Translations under genes and position numbers: made by a program
Shown: positions 24,301 through 37,774 of the stretch, piece by piece
How positions within the stretch are numbered: the first letter of the stretch is position 1
How the letters are laid out: the number at the start of each line of letters is the position of its first letter
Assembly: GCF_001194135.2 (NCBI RefSeq)
Contig: NC_068997.1
Location: forward strand, 6,046,147 to 6,110,146
Source: Octopus bimaculoides
Lineage: Eukaryota
DNA length: 64,000 nt
Direction: 5' to 3'
Notes under the pieces: generated by a model
Told to the model about the DNA's origin: nothing
Seen by the model: only the letters and a program-made list of their open reading frames with translations
Database searches by the model: none

Positions 24301-24412
24301 GGTTTGGCACTTGTGCGTGTGTGGGGCGGGGTGAGTTGCCCATATTTGTTTTGTATACAAAATTTTTAACCAGTCTTGATATATTATATGACAGTTCTCC
24401 TACACTACTTGA

Positions 24413-24465
<53 letters not shown>

Positions 24466-24540
24466 GTCTGTCTATCTGTCTGTCTGTCTGTCTGTCTATG
24501 TGTGCGTATGTATGTGTGTGTGCGTGCGTGCGCGTGTATA

Positions 24541-25832
24541 TACGACGGAGTGCCCAAAAGTAACCGGAAACACTCTCTATGGAACAAGCCAGTTGTAGTT
24601 CAGACTTCCGCCGCTAGAAACCACTTGAAGTGACTCTCAGGCATAAGTGTGCCGACCGGCATCTACTAGTGAGGTCGTACTGCTACGTGGTGTGCCATTG
24701 TTTTGTAGTGCTTCTCCCTTGTTCGTCAATTTTTGCGATGGCTGAAACGAAGGAACAACGTTCTTCCGTAAAATTTTGTTTCCTGCTGGGGAAAAAGGGC
24801 GGCCGAAACAGTTGTCATGCTTCAAATAGCTTAGAAGGACGCTGCCATGATCAAAACACAAGTTTGCGAGTGGTTTCCACGCTTAAAGAATCGTCATTTG
24901 TTGCTCGAAGACCAATCTCGTTCACGGTGACCGTCGACCTCCCGAACGAATGAAAACATCCCGAAAATTCATGAACTGATCCTGGAGGATCATCGCCGAA
25001 CAATTGACGAACTTGTTGATATGATTGGTATGTCCTGGAGCTCCTCCCAACAAATTTTGCGCGAGGAATTGTGACTGAAAAGAGTTGCAGCAAAATTTGT
25101 GCCTTGCTTGCTCACAGAAGATCCAAAGCAGTCACGACTGAATGTGTGTTGTGAACTGAAAGAACAGTTGGAAGTTGATCCGGATCTTTTTTCGAAGCTG
25201 GTGCTACAATCCGGAAACGAAGCAGCAATCAAGTCAATGGAAGCATTCAATGACACTACGCCTTTAAAAAGCGCGTCAAGTGAAGCCCAATGTCAAGACG
25301 ATGCTGATTTGCTTCATGGATGCGAAAGGAATTGTCCACACAGAATTTGTTCCTCTTGGCCAAACATTTTACCTGGAAGTTCTGAAGCGTCTGCGAGACG
25401 CAGTGAGACGAAAACGCTCCAATCTGTGGTAAAGTGGATAGTAGTGGTTTCATCACGACAATGCGCTTGTGCACACCGCCTTGAGTGTGAGATAGTTATT
25501 GACCAAAAATGGCATGACCCCGTTTGCTCACCCTCTCTATTCACCCGATATTGCTCCCTGCTACTTTTTTATTCCCCTGAATGAAAAAAAGTCCTTAAAG
25601 GAAAACGTTTTGCAGATGTGGAAGAGGTGAAGAAAAAAAAAAAGACAGAGGCGTTAAAAGGTATCACTTCGCAAAAGTTCCAGCACTACTTCGAACAGTG
25701 CAAAACGCGTCTGGACTGATGCATTTCTTCAAATGGAGAATGTTTTAAAGGTGATAAAAGTGTAAACGTGTAAAAGTAAGTAAATAAAATGATATTGCAA
25801 AATTTTGATTTCTTTTGGGCACCACCTCGTGT
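24541..25832 (+). mobile_element. Near full-length degenerate mariner with both TIRs
   Basis: TA-flanked TIRs tacgacggagtgcccaaaag / tacacgaggtggtgcccaaaag. Broken transposase MAETKEQRSSVKFCFLLGK...AKFVPCLLTEDPK...NPETKQQSSQWK. Confidence 0.88.
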
Positions 25833-26930
25833 ATATGTGTGTGTGTGTGTGCGTGTGTGTGTGTGATTGAATACACACGCGCGTGCATACACATTCGCGC
25901 ATGTGCGCGTACGCACATATATCCAATGTTATGTGATTCTTTCATTTATATTACACGTAATTTATGTATGCATGTCTGTGACCAAGAAAGAAAAGGTTAT
26001 TATTATTACTGAGTGATCAGCACACTCCATGAAAGGGACTCGCAGGTACAAATACAAATGGCTGCCCAGCTGACAAGGGTACATCAGGAACATGCATCAC
26101 AACCGCGTGTGCAACATGATGATCTCATATCAAGATAAACAGCGCATGATCTTGCAAGTGGGGCTCAGTCAGAATTTTTTTCGGATCGAATAGCCTATCC
26201 TAGGTCGTTTAAGGATGATGAACGAGACACTCATGTTTCCAGAATTAAGAGCAGAAGTCATGAGAACCACTGCACCGTACTTCATCATCATCATCACTGG
26301 ATGTTACCGAGACAAAGTTTTGCAGAGAAGTTTTCCGTCTTGTGTGCGGATTATCTTCGAACAGGGGAGGTCAGCAGCTTCCCCTTGCTGGTTTGGCATC
26401 TACAGACTAGACTAGTTTCAGGGTGTTGCCCCTTGTCAATGCAGAGCAGCCGAATCCAGCAGACGTCGCTACTGACTATCTGTAGGAAGGTTATTTATCT
26501 AATTTCAGTGGAATACATCCACTGGTTTTCAGAAATAGAGATATTAATATTTCTAAGTCTCTCTAAAGGAGACTACGGCAGCGGTACTGGATATTAATAA
26601 TTATCGCCAAGCCAACATGAAACTAGTCTAGTCTGCAGATGCCAAACAAGAAGTACTGCATGTCGTTTCCAAATTTCTAGAAACATACATACATAACACC
26701 AAATATATATGCATACATACATACATACATACATACATAACATCAAATATATACCCATACACATACACACACACATGTATACACAAATATATATAATTGT
26801 ACATCTATAATGTGTGTATAATAAATAGTTTGATTTGGCTCTACGAAGCATAATGTTTCGCAGGCTTCTAGCAGAAACATAGCTCGTTCAAGTTCAGATT
26901 ACCTAATGGAGGAATATACATCGGCACTGG

Positions 26931-26982
<52 letters not shown>

Positions 26983-27062
26983 GTATGTATGTACATACAT
27001 ACATACATATAGGTATTGTACACACACATATCCATACATACATACGTACATACATATATATA

Positions 27063-28205
27063 CATGGTGCAGTGAATAATTGTTGTCTAAATTACACAAA
27101 AATGAAAATAACACTGACATCTCATTTTAACAGATATATTAACCAAAATTACGTAAAAATATCTTGAAATACTAAAGAGTAAATTTATTCAATAAAACCG
27201 CCATTGGCTTCAACCACGGCCTCCAGGCGACTTTGGAATCTCCTGTAGCTCTTCTGGACGGTCTCCTTGTTTAAGTTGGTGAACGTTGCTATAATTCTTG
27301 CCTACAGTTCATCTTTGGTGTTACAAGGAGTTTTGTTGGTCTCTCGCTCAACTATGGCACACACATAATAATCAGCGGGGTTGCAGTCTGGGGAGTTAGG
27401 TAGCCTGATGTTAGGGGTGACGTGGTCACGGAAATTGTCTGATAGCCATGACTGGGGACTCCTGCTTGTGAGGCATGGTGCAGAGTCCTGTTGCCAGACA
27501 TAGGGTCTTCCAGCAGCCACCCTCTTGACCCAGGGAAGCACTAATCCTTCCAGGCACACGATGTAGGCCTCCATGTCGAGTGTGAGGCTGTGAAGGAAGA
27601 TGAATGGAGGCATAATGTTGCCATTAGTAGTGATCACTCCAAACACCATGATGTTGATTGGATGTTTGATTTTTATCACTCTCGGTACATGTTTTGAGGA
27701 TATGGTAAGCCAACGGTTGTTCTGTGTGTTCACCATCTAAGCCTAGCAGACATTTTTCTCGTCTGAGAAAAACCAAAGCATGTTTGGTTGGAGGGAATGC
27801 TTGAGTTTTTTCAAAAGCTTCCTAGCGCGTTCTTTCCTCTTGTCTTTGATGGCTTGGGATAAAAAATTGGCCCTTCTTTCTCATCTTGCATGAGGAATAC
27901 CGAATGTCTTCATGCACTACCTGCCTGATAAGAAACTCTCATGTCCCTGGCGATGGACCTGATTGACTTGGAGGAATTGTTGTCAATCATGGCCTGGATC
28001 TCACCAACAAATCCAGGAGTTCTTTTCTTATTAGAACAATCAGAGTGAGTTTTCCGAGTTGCCGTACCTTCGTAATAACCATTAGACTCATCCAACTGTT
28101 TCTGAATCCTTTGCATTGTCTTCAGATTGACACCTATGTTCGTATTACAGTTTCCGGCGTGAATGCCAAGCAGTACTGCATGTCGTTTCCAAATTTCTAG
28201 AAACA
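27063..28205 (-). mobile_element. maT (DD37D) Tc1/mariner-superfamily transposon, degenerate, 5' end lost
   Basis: WFFSDEKN, VWQQDSAP...PNSPDCNPAD with exactly 37 residues between the second and third catalytic D; TA|CATGGTG terminus at 27061. Confidence 0.85.
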
Positions 28206-28269
28206 TACATACATAACATCAAATATATATGCATACATACATACATAACATCAAATATATACCCATACA

Positions 28270-28319
<50 letters not shown>

Positions 28320-28440
28320 TGCACAAATATATATTATTGTACATCTATAATGTGTGTATGATAAATATACATACAAATATGTATTTATATGCATATATTA
28401 ACATCCTATACATACATACATTCATACATACATACATGAT

Positions 28441-29413
28441 AGTAACATCGATCATCAAAGCAGTTTATCATAGACCAATAGCTGGATTACTACCTCCCAC
28501 TTTGAAGGGTATGTATTTGCAATCCAGGAACAGGAAATATCAACTACATATCTGATGCACAAAAGAGATAGAGATGCAGGGAAAACCATAAAATGTGACA
28601 ACCGATGCAAACTTTGTGGAGTTCACACTGAAGATATGCATATCATAAGCAGTTGTCCGAAAATGTCATCACGGTATTATCTGCCGATGAGACATGATGT
28701 TATAGCTAGGACACTATATAATGAAATCCTTCGGAAGGATAGCCCCCGAAGATAAAGAAATGAGAAATCACAATATGGTGGAAGCCATAACCACTCATAA
28801 TAAAAATGAGTACTGGTGGAATGTCCCAGTGAAAACCTCAATAAAATGTAAACACAACAGGCCTGATATAATGATTTGGGATAGAGAAAAGAAAGTGTGC
28901 ACAGTTGAGGAAATTAGCTACCCAATGGATGTTAACATAAAGCTGAAGATCAGTAAAAAAGAGAACACCAATGCTGAACTATTGAGAAATCTGCAGTTAC
29001 TCTATCCAGATTACAAGTTCAAGTTTATACTTGTAAATATTGGTACACCGAGATATGTAACACACTACCTAAATACCAATCTTGAGAAATTAGGCTTCTC
29101 AAAACCAGAAAGGAGACTGCTAATTCGAAGACTACAGATCCAATCCGTCACTGGAACTGTAAAAATCTGTAAAACTCTCCGGAAGTTTATCATTTAAATA
29201 TATACAAGCATGTTTAGATATGCAACTATATTCATGAGAATACATACATAAAACATACAAATCTTCACATGCATACATACATACAAACATAATACATACA
29301 TACATACATACATGCATACAAACAAACAAAAATATCGTGTTGTTGATGTTGAAATTCCAATGAAGGAGTTCTTTCTCTATTGGGAAGAAATCTTGAAATA
29401 AACTGAATAATGA
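28441..29413 (+). mobile_element. R4/Dong-type non-LTR retrotransposon 3' fragment (CCHC knuckle and RLE endonuclease)
   Basis: FAIQEQEI, CKLCGVHTEDMHIISSC, RHD, WWNVPV, HNRPDIMIWD...EEIS; 3' UTR matches the copy at 54676-56640. Confidence 0.88.
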
Positions 29414-29461
29414 TATACATACATACATACATGCACATATACAAATTCACACACGAATATA

Positions 29462-29492
<31 letters not shown>

Positions 29493-29496
29493 TTGT

Positions 29497-29802
29497 TCTT
29501 TCTCGAGCCATGCCTGGCTCATAAGGGCCGGTTTCCCGGTTTCATTGGCCTATGGGTTCCCCACCTGAACGGGACGCCGGTCTGTCGCAGGTGAGCTGCT
29601 AGATGCAGGAGGAAAGAGTGAGAGAAAGTTGTTGCCAAAGAGTCAGCAGAAGTTCGCCATTACCTTCTGCTGGAGCCGCGTGGAGCCGCGTGGAGCCTAG
29701 GTGTTTCGCTCATAAACACACACGTCACCCGGTCTGAGATTCGAAGCTGCGATTCCTTGACCGCGAGTCCGCTGCTGTAACCACTAGGCCATGTGCCTCC
29801 AC
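29497..29802 (-). mobile_element. tRNA-derived SINE
   Basis: Revcomp head gtggaggcacatggcctagtggtta...ttcgaatc followed by a non-tRNA body. Confidence 0.75.
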
Positions 29803-31006
29803 ACATATATATAGGATCTTAGCTATCAGTCCAGTGCGCAGGTGCTCGCGGCTGGGGATGACCCAAATAATTCGAAACTGTGTCAATCGCGCGATCCTGT
29901 TATTTGCTGGAGGGTAGTAGGGGTTCGGTCCCCCTGCTAGCGATATATCATATAAAGAGGGTGCAGAGCTTTGCACTGATAACCAGCTGGCGGAGAATCT
30001 GCCTGGGGTTAAGTTAGTAGTAACATTCAACTGCCACTTTGTTGTGGGAATTCGCTTTACTGTTTATATATATATATCTGTGTGTGTATGTGTCCATAAA
30101 ACATACGTACACACCTGTGTACATACAAGTGTGTTTGTATGCTTTATCCCACCTTAGAGCAATGTTGTTAATCATTCTTTTACGTCAGAAATATATTAGA
30201 ATTCTTTAGATACTTACTTTTAATGTTCCCCCACTCATCCTTCCTCCTCTTCTCCTTCTTTTCCCTTCCCACCTCCCTCGTTCTCACCTTCTTTTTCTCT
30301 TCCATTGTAACATCTAGTTTAGTCACGTAATATTCTCAATAAGCGCGCGCACACACACATACATATGTATACCTATATCACTGTGTGTATGTATGTCTCT
30401 CTCTCTGTGTCTCTCTCTCTGTGTCTCTCTCTCTGTGTCTCTCTCTCTGTGTCTCTCTCTCTGTGTCTCTCTCTCTGTGTCTCTCTCTCTGTGTCTCTCT
30501 CTCTGTGTCTNNNNNNNNNNNNNNNNNNNNNNNNNNNNNNNNNNNNNNNNNNNNNNNNNNNNNNNNNNNNNNNNNNNNNNNNNNNNNNNNNNNNNNNNNN
30601 NNNNNNNNNNNNNNNNNNNNNNNNNNNNNNNNNNNNNNNNNNNNNNNNNNNNNNNNNNNNNNNNNNNNNNNNNNNNNNNNNNNNNNNNNNNNNNNNNNNN
30701 NNNNNNNNNNNNNNNNNNNNNNNNNNNNNNNNNNNNNNNNNNNNNNNNNNNNNNNNNNNNNNNNNNNNNNNNNNNNNNNNNNNNNNNNNNNNNNNNNNNN
30801 NNNNNNNNNNNNNNNNNNNNNNNNNNNNNNNNNNNNNNNNNNNNNNNNNNNNNNNNNNNNNNNNNNNNNNNNNNNNNNNNNNNNNNNNNNATACGTAAAT
30901 ACACTCATATATACATATATATGTGTGCGTGTGTGTGTGTGAATGTGTGTGTGAGTACAATGTATTTGTGTGTATATAAATATATAATAAATATTTTAGT
31001 ATATAT

Positions 31007-31058
<52 letters not shown>

Positions 31059-31544
31059 AATACATACATACATGTATTCACACATATATCACGATGTGTG
31101 TGTGTGTGAATGATGAATGGAGTAATTGTTATTACATTTATTCCATGGTTTACAGTAATTTGAATAACGTGTGTGGAGTGACAAGTTAAATATCATGTAT
31201 GAAGGCATAAATGAAAACAATGGTATAGTCGTGTCCATTATATAATGCATGTTACATAATGACTATCACAGTCATTTAGTTATAACCGAATGAACGAATA
31301 TAATACAATTGCAAATTGGTTATTTCACTTATGTAGAAAAAATATCTTATATCTTATTTGTCAAAGTTTGAAAAATAAGATATTATCTTAACGCTTTACG
31401 GGGAAGAGAAAGTGCCTCAACGTTTCAGACGTCACTGCTTCATCAGAAGAAAGAAAGAGAGCATAGAGTGTAAAGAGAAAGAGAGATAGTCCGAGAAAGA
31501 AAACTAGCGAAGGTTAGAAACCAAGTGGGAATGCTGTTCTATGG

Positions 31545-31578
<34 letters not shown>

Positions 31579-32084
31579 TGTATGTATGTNNNNNNNNNNA
31601 TGTATGTATGTATGTATGTATGTATGTATGTATGTATGTATGTACGTCCATGACAAAAATCGCAAACTGCAGCATACACGTGATCACAAAAACACAAATT
31701 TCGCAACTTGCGAAGTAAACACAGCGATGTCATTGGGTACACTGCTACTTGAAGGTCTCTGCTAGCACTCACAGCGCACGCAACCGTGTACTGTCATCTG
31801 TTGGCGCGCTACAGAGCTAGTTAGGGAACTTTTTTATACCACCTTGTAGATACAAGATACAGAAGATTTTGAGTTATACAGTAGTTACTCCGAGTTTTAA
31901 AGAGACGAAAGTTCTCGAGCGATAGAAATAGAAAAGAGAAATGATGCTTAAATTCAACTTACAAAAAATGGGTGTTATTTCTAATAATATTGTAATAAAA
32001 TCCCTTTGAATAACAGACAAAGTTTCGGTATTGAGAGTACTTCTTAAATAATTCTATAGATATATATGAATAAACATATACAGC

Positions 32085-32410
32085 ACTTATCAGGAGTATC
32101 AAGTATAGGTCAGGAATATAAAAAGCCAACAATCACTCGCGAACGAGTATATCTTGGTATCATGTATAATATATACGCTTCTATTTTATAAAAATATTGG
32201 TTATAGAGTATCAGTTTGTAAAAAAAATAAGCCGAGGAGTATCAGTCTGTAAAAAGATAAGTCAAAGATTATCGATATATGCGATATATACGAATACAGG
32301 TGAAGACGTGTCAATATATAAGAATATAGGCTAGGAGTGTCGATGTTAAGGTATATAGATCAAGGGTATCGAGGTATAAGAATATAGGTCGGGTGTATCG
32401 ATATATATGA
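32085..32410. repeat. Degenerate ~30-bp tandem repeats abutting the PLE fragment
   Basis: Recurrent aagaatataggyyrggrgtrtcgag-like units. Confidence 0.5.
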
Positions 32411-33045
32411 AACGAAATCAGGAGTAAAGAGGCTGGGCTTGCATTTGAAATTAGTGTTCGTGAGTCCTTGACCATGCTGGTGTATAAGGGTGGTGAGGTT
32501 TTTGAGAGTTTTTGTTGTTTATAGTTGGTGATAATTTCATAGAAAGAGTTGTCGTTTAGTAAGGAGAGTGCTAGGTGTTTGTAAAAATCTGTGTCCATTA
32601 GGACTACAGTACTACATTTGTCAGCTTCTTTGATAGTAAGGCTTTTGTCCTGTTGTAAGTATCTTAGGTTTCTCCATTCTTTGCTATTAAAGTTTGATTT
32701 GACCTTGGTTTTGGGCGGGGTAAAAGGGAAACTCTGGATGTGGTTGCAAAAATCGTCCAGTGCTTTATTTCTTCCTTTGGAACTACTATATCGGATAGAC
32801 GAGCCTCCCTTTGCGTAGAAGAGTAGCAGTCCATAAAGAACAAATAAATCTCCCTCAACACCGCCAAATTCCACTCAGTGGCCACATAGACTCTTGCGCC
32901 AGAAACAAAAACCCTAAATTCCTTATATTCCCTTTCTATCAATGTAAAGACCGAATCTCTACACAAGAAAGAATCAACAAGGAGAATTTTTTCATAGAGA
33001 AATTCCAACCACTTCTTAACACACACTATCCAAATTTCTATATCT
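32410..33045 (-). mobile_element. Penelope-like element ORF fragment (region N-terminal to RT)
   Basis: SNFNSKEWRNLRYLQQDKSLTIKEADKCSTVVLMDTDFYKHLALSLLNDNSFY, the typical PLE IK-x-ADKG-x-x-VV-x-MD segment. Confidence 0.8.
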
Positions 33046-34320
33046 GTTAACAGTGCTTCTCAGGTAGACAAACTGATCAACTACACCAAGTCGTTTACCA
33101 TACACATAGATATTTAGTTCCCTATACTGCTTACCAGGGGCAGGTTGGTACATGACAACAGTTTTCTTGAGACTGACTGTCAATCCTAAGGCAGTGCAAG
33201 CATCAGAGAATGCATTCAAAATGTGTTGCATATTAATTTCTGTGTGTGTTACTAGCTCACAATCATCTGCATACAGAAGGTTTCTTATGATAGAGGTAAA
33301 TACCTTTGTTTTTACCGCAAAGCGTCTGATATTAGATATGCTGCCAGCGGTTCGATAATGGATGTAAACACCATATCTGCAATTTCTGAACGCAATACAG
33401 AAAACCATCGCAAGATATGTGGCAAATAGGGTCGGTGCCAGAATATCACCCTGTTTCATTCCATTTTTTTATTGAGATGGGCTCCGACATTTTACCTCTA
33501 ACATTAACCCTACCCTCCATGTCTTCATGAAAAGACCTAACCAAAGCAAGGAACTTTTCAGGACAACCAAGTTTCAGGAGGACTTTCCACAGTGCATTTC
33601 TATTAACGGTATCAAAAGCTTTTGTCAGATCGACAAAAACCTGATATAACTCCAGACCCTGTTCCACACACTTCTCCTGAAGCTGTCTAGCTGAGAAGAT
33701 CATATCAGTAGTGCCGCGTCCCACACGAAAGCCAGATTGACTTTCTGGAAGAACACAATCTGCAACGTGTTTCTGCAGACGATCCAAAAGTATCCTGTAT
33801 GAAACCTTTCCTATGACAGAAAGCAATGATATTCCCCTATAGTTACCACAATCATTCCTGTTGCCTTTTCCCTTATATAAGACCACGATTATTGTATCTC
33901 TCCAGTCCTCAGGTAAAGATTCACTATCCCATATCCTGCCAAACAAGGAGTAAAGTTGCTGTTGAAGTTTCTCACCGCCATGCTGTAACAACTCCGCATG
34001 TATACCATCCATACCCAGAGACCTCCCATTATTCATCCTTGAGACAGACACCGCAACTTCTTCCAACATTGGTGGTTCCGTGAGAGCCGCCTTCACAGGT
34101 AACCCAGGGATGAAAGTTCATCAAAGTATTCTCGCCACCTTCGCAGAATTCCTTGTGAATCACGAAGAAGTTCTTTACCATCCCTGCTACGAAGTGGTGT
34201 CATCAGAAAAGAAGTCGGTCCATAAAACTCTCGCAAGAGACCATATAACAGCTTTGTGTTATTGGAATTCGATGCCGCCTGTATCTCATCGGCCTTCTTA
34301 CTCCACCAGGTATCCCTCAT
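33046..34320 (-). mobile_element. RTE-clade LINE fragment, reverse transcriptase region, frameshifted
   Basis: CGNYRGISLL, PESQSGFR...GTTDMIF, FVDLTKAFDTVNR, GVKQGDILAPTLF-like, LLYADDC. Confidence 0.92.
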
Positions 34321-35388
34321 TGACAGTTATTTCTTCAAAGCTATAATGGAAGTGACAAAGGAGCATATTCGGCATATTTTGCTTTATAACTTCAATAACG
34401 CAACGGAAAGTGTAAGGAATATAAATGCAGGATATGGGGATCGGACAATAAGCGTAAGCCAGTGTCAATGGTGGTTCCAGAAATTCCGAGCCGGAAACTA
34501 CAGCCTAGAAGACGAGCCTCGTCCTGGAAGAGCTGCAGAGCGCGACGAGGACGTCCTGCAAACCCTGGTGGAACAAAATCCCATCGTAACTATTGAGGAA
34601 TTAGCAGAGAAGCTTGGATTTGGTCATTCAACCATTCATCAACACCTGCGTGCAATCGGAAAAGTCAGCAAATTGGGTCAGTGGGTTCCTCACAAACTTT
34701 CCAACTCTAATCGCGTGCAGAGAGTGAATGTGTGCTCTTCTTTGCTGTTACGTCTCACGAATGAACCTTTTTTTCGACTGAATAGTGACTGGTGACCAGA
34801 AATGGGTTCTCTATAAAAATACCAGGCGCTGAAGACAGTGTATAGGGAACGGAGAAACAGCGGCACCCCAGGCTAAAGAAGGTCTTCACCCACATAAGGT
34901 TTTGTTATCTGTTTGGTGGGATATGAAAGATTTAGTTCACTTTGAACTTTTAAACCCAAACCAAACGTCAAAAAAGATCAACTGCGAGCAGCATGAGCGC
35001 AAGAAGAAAAACGCCCATCTTTGGTTTGAAGACGAAAGATGTTTTTCCATCAAGATGATGCTCAGTTACATACAGCGAAGATGACATTCCTACCATATTC
35101 ACGGGACATTGCCCCATCTGATTATCATTTATTCCGCAGTCTTCAAAATCATTTGGACGGAAAAAATATGAATTCTGTAGACGAGGTCAGAACATTATTG
35201 GGGGAGTATTTTTCGTCACTGACAAATGAATTTTGGAAGAGGGGCCTTGCAAGTCTACCAGATAGATAGAAGAGCATTGTAGAATATGAAAAAGAGTATA
35301 TTTTAGATTAAAAAAGAACTTAATTTATCATAATTTTGAAAAATAAAATAAATATAAAAAAACGCATTATTTATAGGATGACCCAGTA
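34321..35388 (+). mobile_element. Degenerate mariner, 5' TIR missing, 3' TIR present
   Basis: MEVTKEHIRHILLY...WVPHKL...VTGDQKWV...YSRDIAPSDYHLF; ends aacgcattattttataggatgacccag|ta. Confidence 0.9.
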
Positions 35389-35864
35389 TACATTACGCAT
35401 ACAAGCATGTATACATATATACATACATTCACGCAAACGCCCAAACACACACACGATAGCACACGAGACCGGTCGCAACAGCAGGTACCTGACAGCGATG
35501 CCTGAGTCGGACTGACTAATAATTTCTTGTCATCTTTTTTTTTTCTTGATGATTTAGGTTTAACTTAAAACTGCTTTAATCTTCTTGCTGTTAGCTTTGT
35601 TCATCTATGGGGTTAATGCGTGAAGATTTACAAGTGCATAGGGTGATGGGCAAGAATGTAGAGCACTGAGGATTATGTGTGTGTGTGTACGTGTGTGAGT
35701 TCGCGCGCGCACACACACACACTGAGTCAGAGTCTAAATAAACTTATGAAAATTAGGCTTTTATTTTATGTTGTAATTGATGTCGTCGATGGGGAAAATC
35801 CAACAAAAACAAGAATGTATAAACAGATAACCTGTATATAGTTTAGAGAAATCTAGATAGGTAC

Positions 35865-36005
35865 AGGCGTGGCTGTGTGGTAAGATGGTTGCTTCCTAAA
35901 TACGTGGTTCTGGTTCAGTTCCACTGCGAGGCACCTTGACCAAGTGTCTTCTACTAAGGCTTCGGGCCGACTAAAGCCTTGTGAGTAGATAGGGTAGACG
36001 GAAAC
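35865..36005 (+). mobile_element. SINE family C (gtggctgtgtggtaaga...). Other copies at 2645-2788(-), 59092-59252(-), 62700-62842(-)
   Basis: Repeated tRNA-like head plus accttgggcaagtgtcttctact core. Confidence 0.82.
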
Positions 36006-37375
36006 AGATTCAAAATAACCTCCCCCTCGCTTCCACCTGAACTCTAACTAAAAAACAGTTCACATTAAGCCAAGCTGGTTGAAGGACCCTGAACGAAGCT
36101 GCACACTAAATTATGCCCGGTTGCATATGCAACTGCTCATACCCTGGTCTGTGGAAACACGCGTAGGTCTCCGTAACCATAAAAATGTGGTGTATGACGT
36201 TGTAAAATAGAAGGAAATAAATTTCGAGGGTATACCAGTCTTTCGCTTGCAACAGCCGGTTCTTTTGATCAAACTATCGTATCTCCAGCTGCTTCAAATG
36301 CTAAGATATCAAAAATTGTCAAAGTGTAGTACAACGGTTTTGCTATGGAATGGTGAAACCATTTTTTCGTTTTCTGAAAAATCAACGTTTTGGACTTACG
36401 ACATTTTTACATAACAGCAACGATATATATATCTATATATATATATGCAGGCTAATACAAGACCCACATTAAACTCCTCACTCGTATCACGATCGAACCA
36501 AGAGTTTAACTATGGTCTGTCCTTAGCACTTACTTAGCATTACCTGCTACTCTTTGGGTCTTCTAGATACCAATACCATTTATATATAACGTATGTATGT
36601 ATGTATGTATGTATGTATGTATGTATGTATGTATGTATGTATATGTATATATATATATATATATATATANNNNNNNNNNNNNNNNNNNNNNNNNNNNNNN
36701 NNNNNNNNNNNNNNNNNNNNNNNNNNNNNNNNNNNNNNNNNNNNNNNNNNNNNNNNNNNNNNNNNNNNNNNNNNNNNNNNNNNNNNNNNNNNNNNNNNNN
36801 NNNNNNNNNNNNNNNNNNNNNNNNNNNNNNNNNNNNNNNNNNNNNNNNNNNNNNNNNNNNNNNNNNNNNNNNNNNNNNNNNNNNNNNNNNNNNNNNNNNN
36901 NNNNNNNNNNNNNNNNNNNNNNNNNNNNNNNNNNNNNNNNNNNNNNNNNNNNNNNNNNNNNNNNNNNNNNNNNNNNNNNNNNNNNNNNNNNNNNNNNNNN
37001 NNNNNNNNNNNNNNNNNNNNNNNNNNNNNNNNNNNNNNNNNNNNNNNNNNNNNNNNNNNNNNNNNNNNNNNNNNNNNNNNNNNNNNNNNNNNNNNNNNNN
37101 NNNNNNNNNNNNNNNNNNNNNNNNNNNNNNNNNNNNNNNNNNNNNNNNNNNNNNNNNNNNNNNNNNNNNNNNNNNNNNNNNNNNNNNNNNNNNNNNNNNN
37201 NNNNNNNNNNNNNNNNNNNNNNNNNNNNNNNNNNNNNNNNNNNNNNNNNNNNNNNNNNNNNNNNNNNNNNNNNNNNNNNNNNNNNNNNNNNNNNNNNNNN
37301 NNNNNNNNNNNNNNNNNNNNNNNNNNNNNNNNNNNNNNNNNNNNNNNNNNNNNNNNNNNNNNNNNNNNNNNNNNN

Positions 37376-37438
<63 letters not shown>

Positions 37439-37774
37439 CCCATTTTCTGCGCTTAGTCGATCAATTTCAGTTTCCTAAAGACGAATTCCTTCAGTACACC
37501 CTCTACTGACCTTCATTCCCCGCGTCTATTCTATCCTGTCTTAGAAGAAACCAATACAATAATCCATTAGAACTTAATGAGACAGACAGATTGATTCACC
37601 AGCTGACATACCAAAATAACAATAGAATCTTTAACAATGAGTGACATACCAATATTAAGTGATTCTAATACAGAAGTGAACTTTAAAATGTAAGTAATTT
37701 ATAGACGGACATCATCATTGCAGTGATATCCTCTGCGTATTTAATACGCACCGCGTTAAAAAAACAGAAATTAC

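Noticed and set aside
30214-30305. ATG-starting, phase-1 exon-like stretch MEEKKKVRTREVGREKKEKRRKDEWGNIK with a gtaagt donor
   Set aside because: It is a low-complexity purine tract and highly charged, not a signal peptide for a secreted ZP protein.
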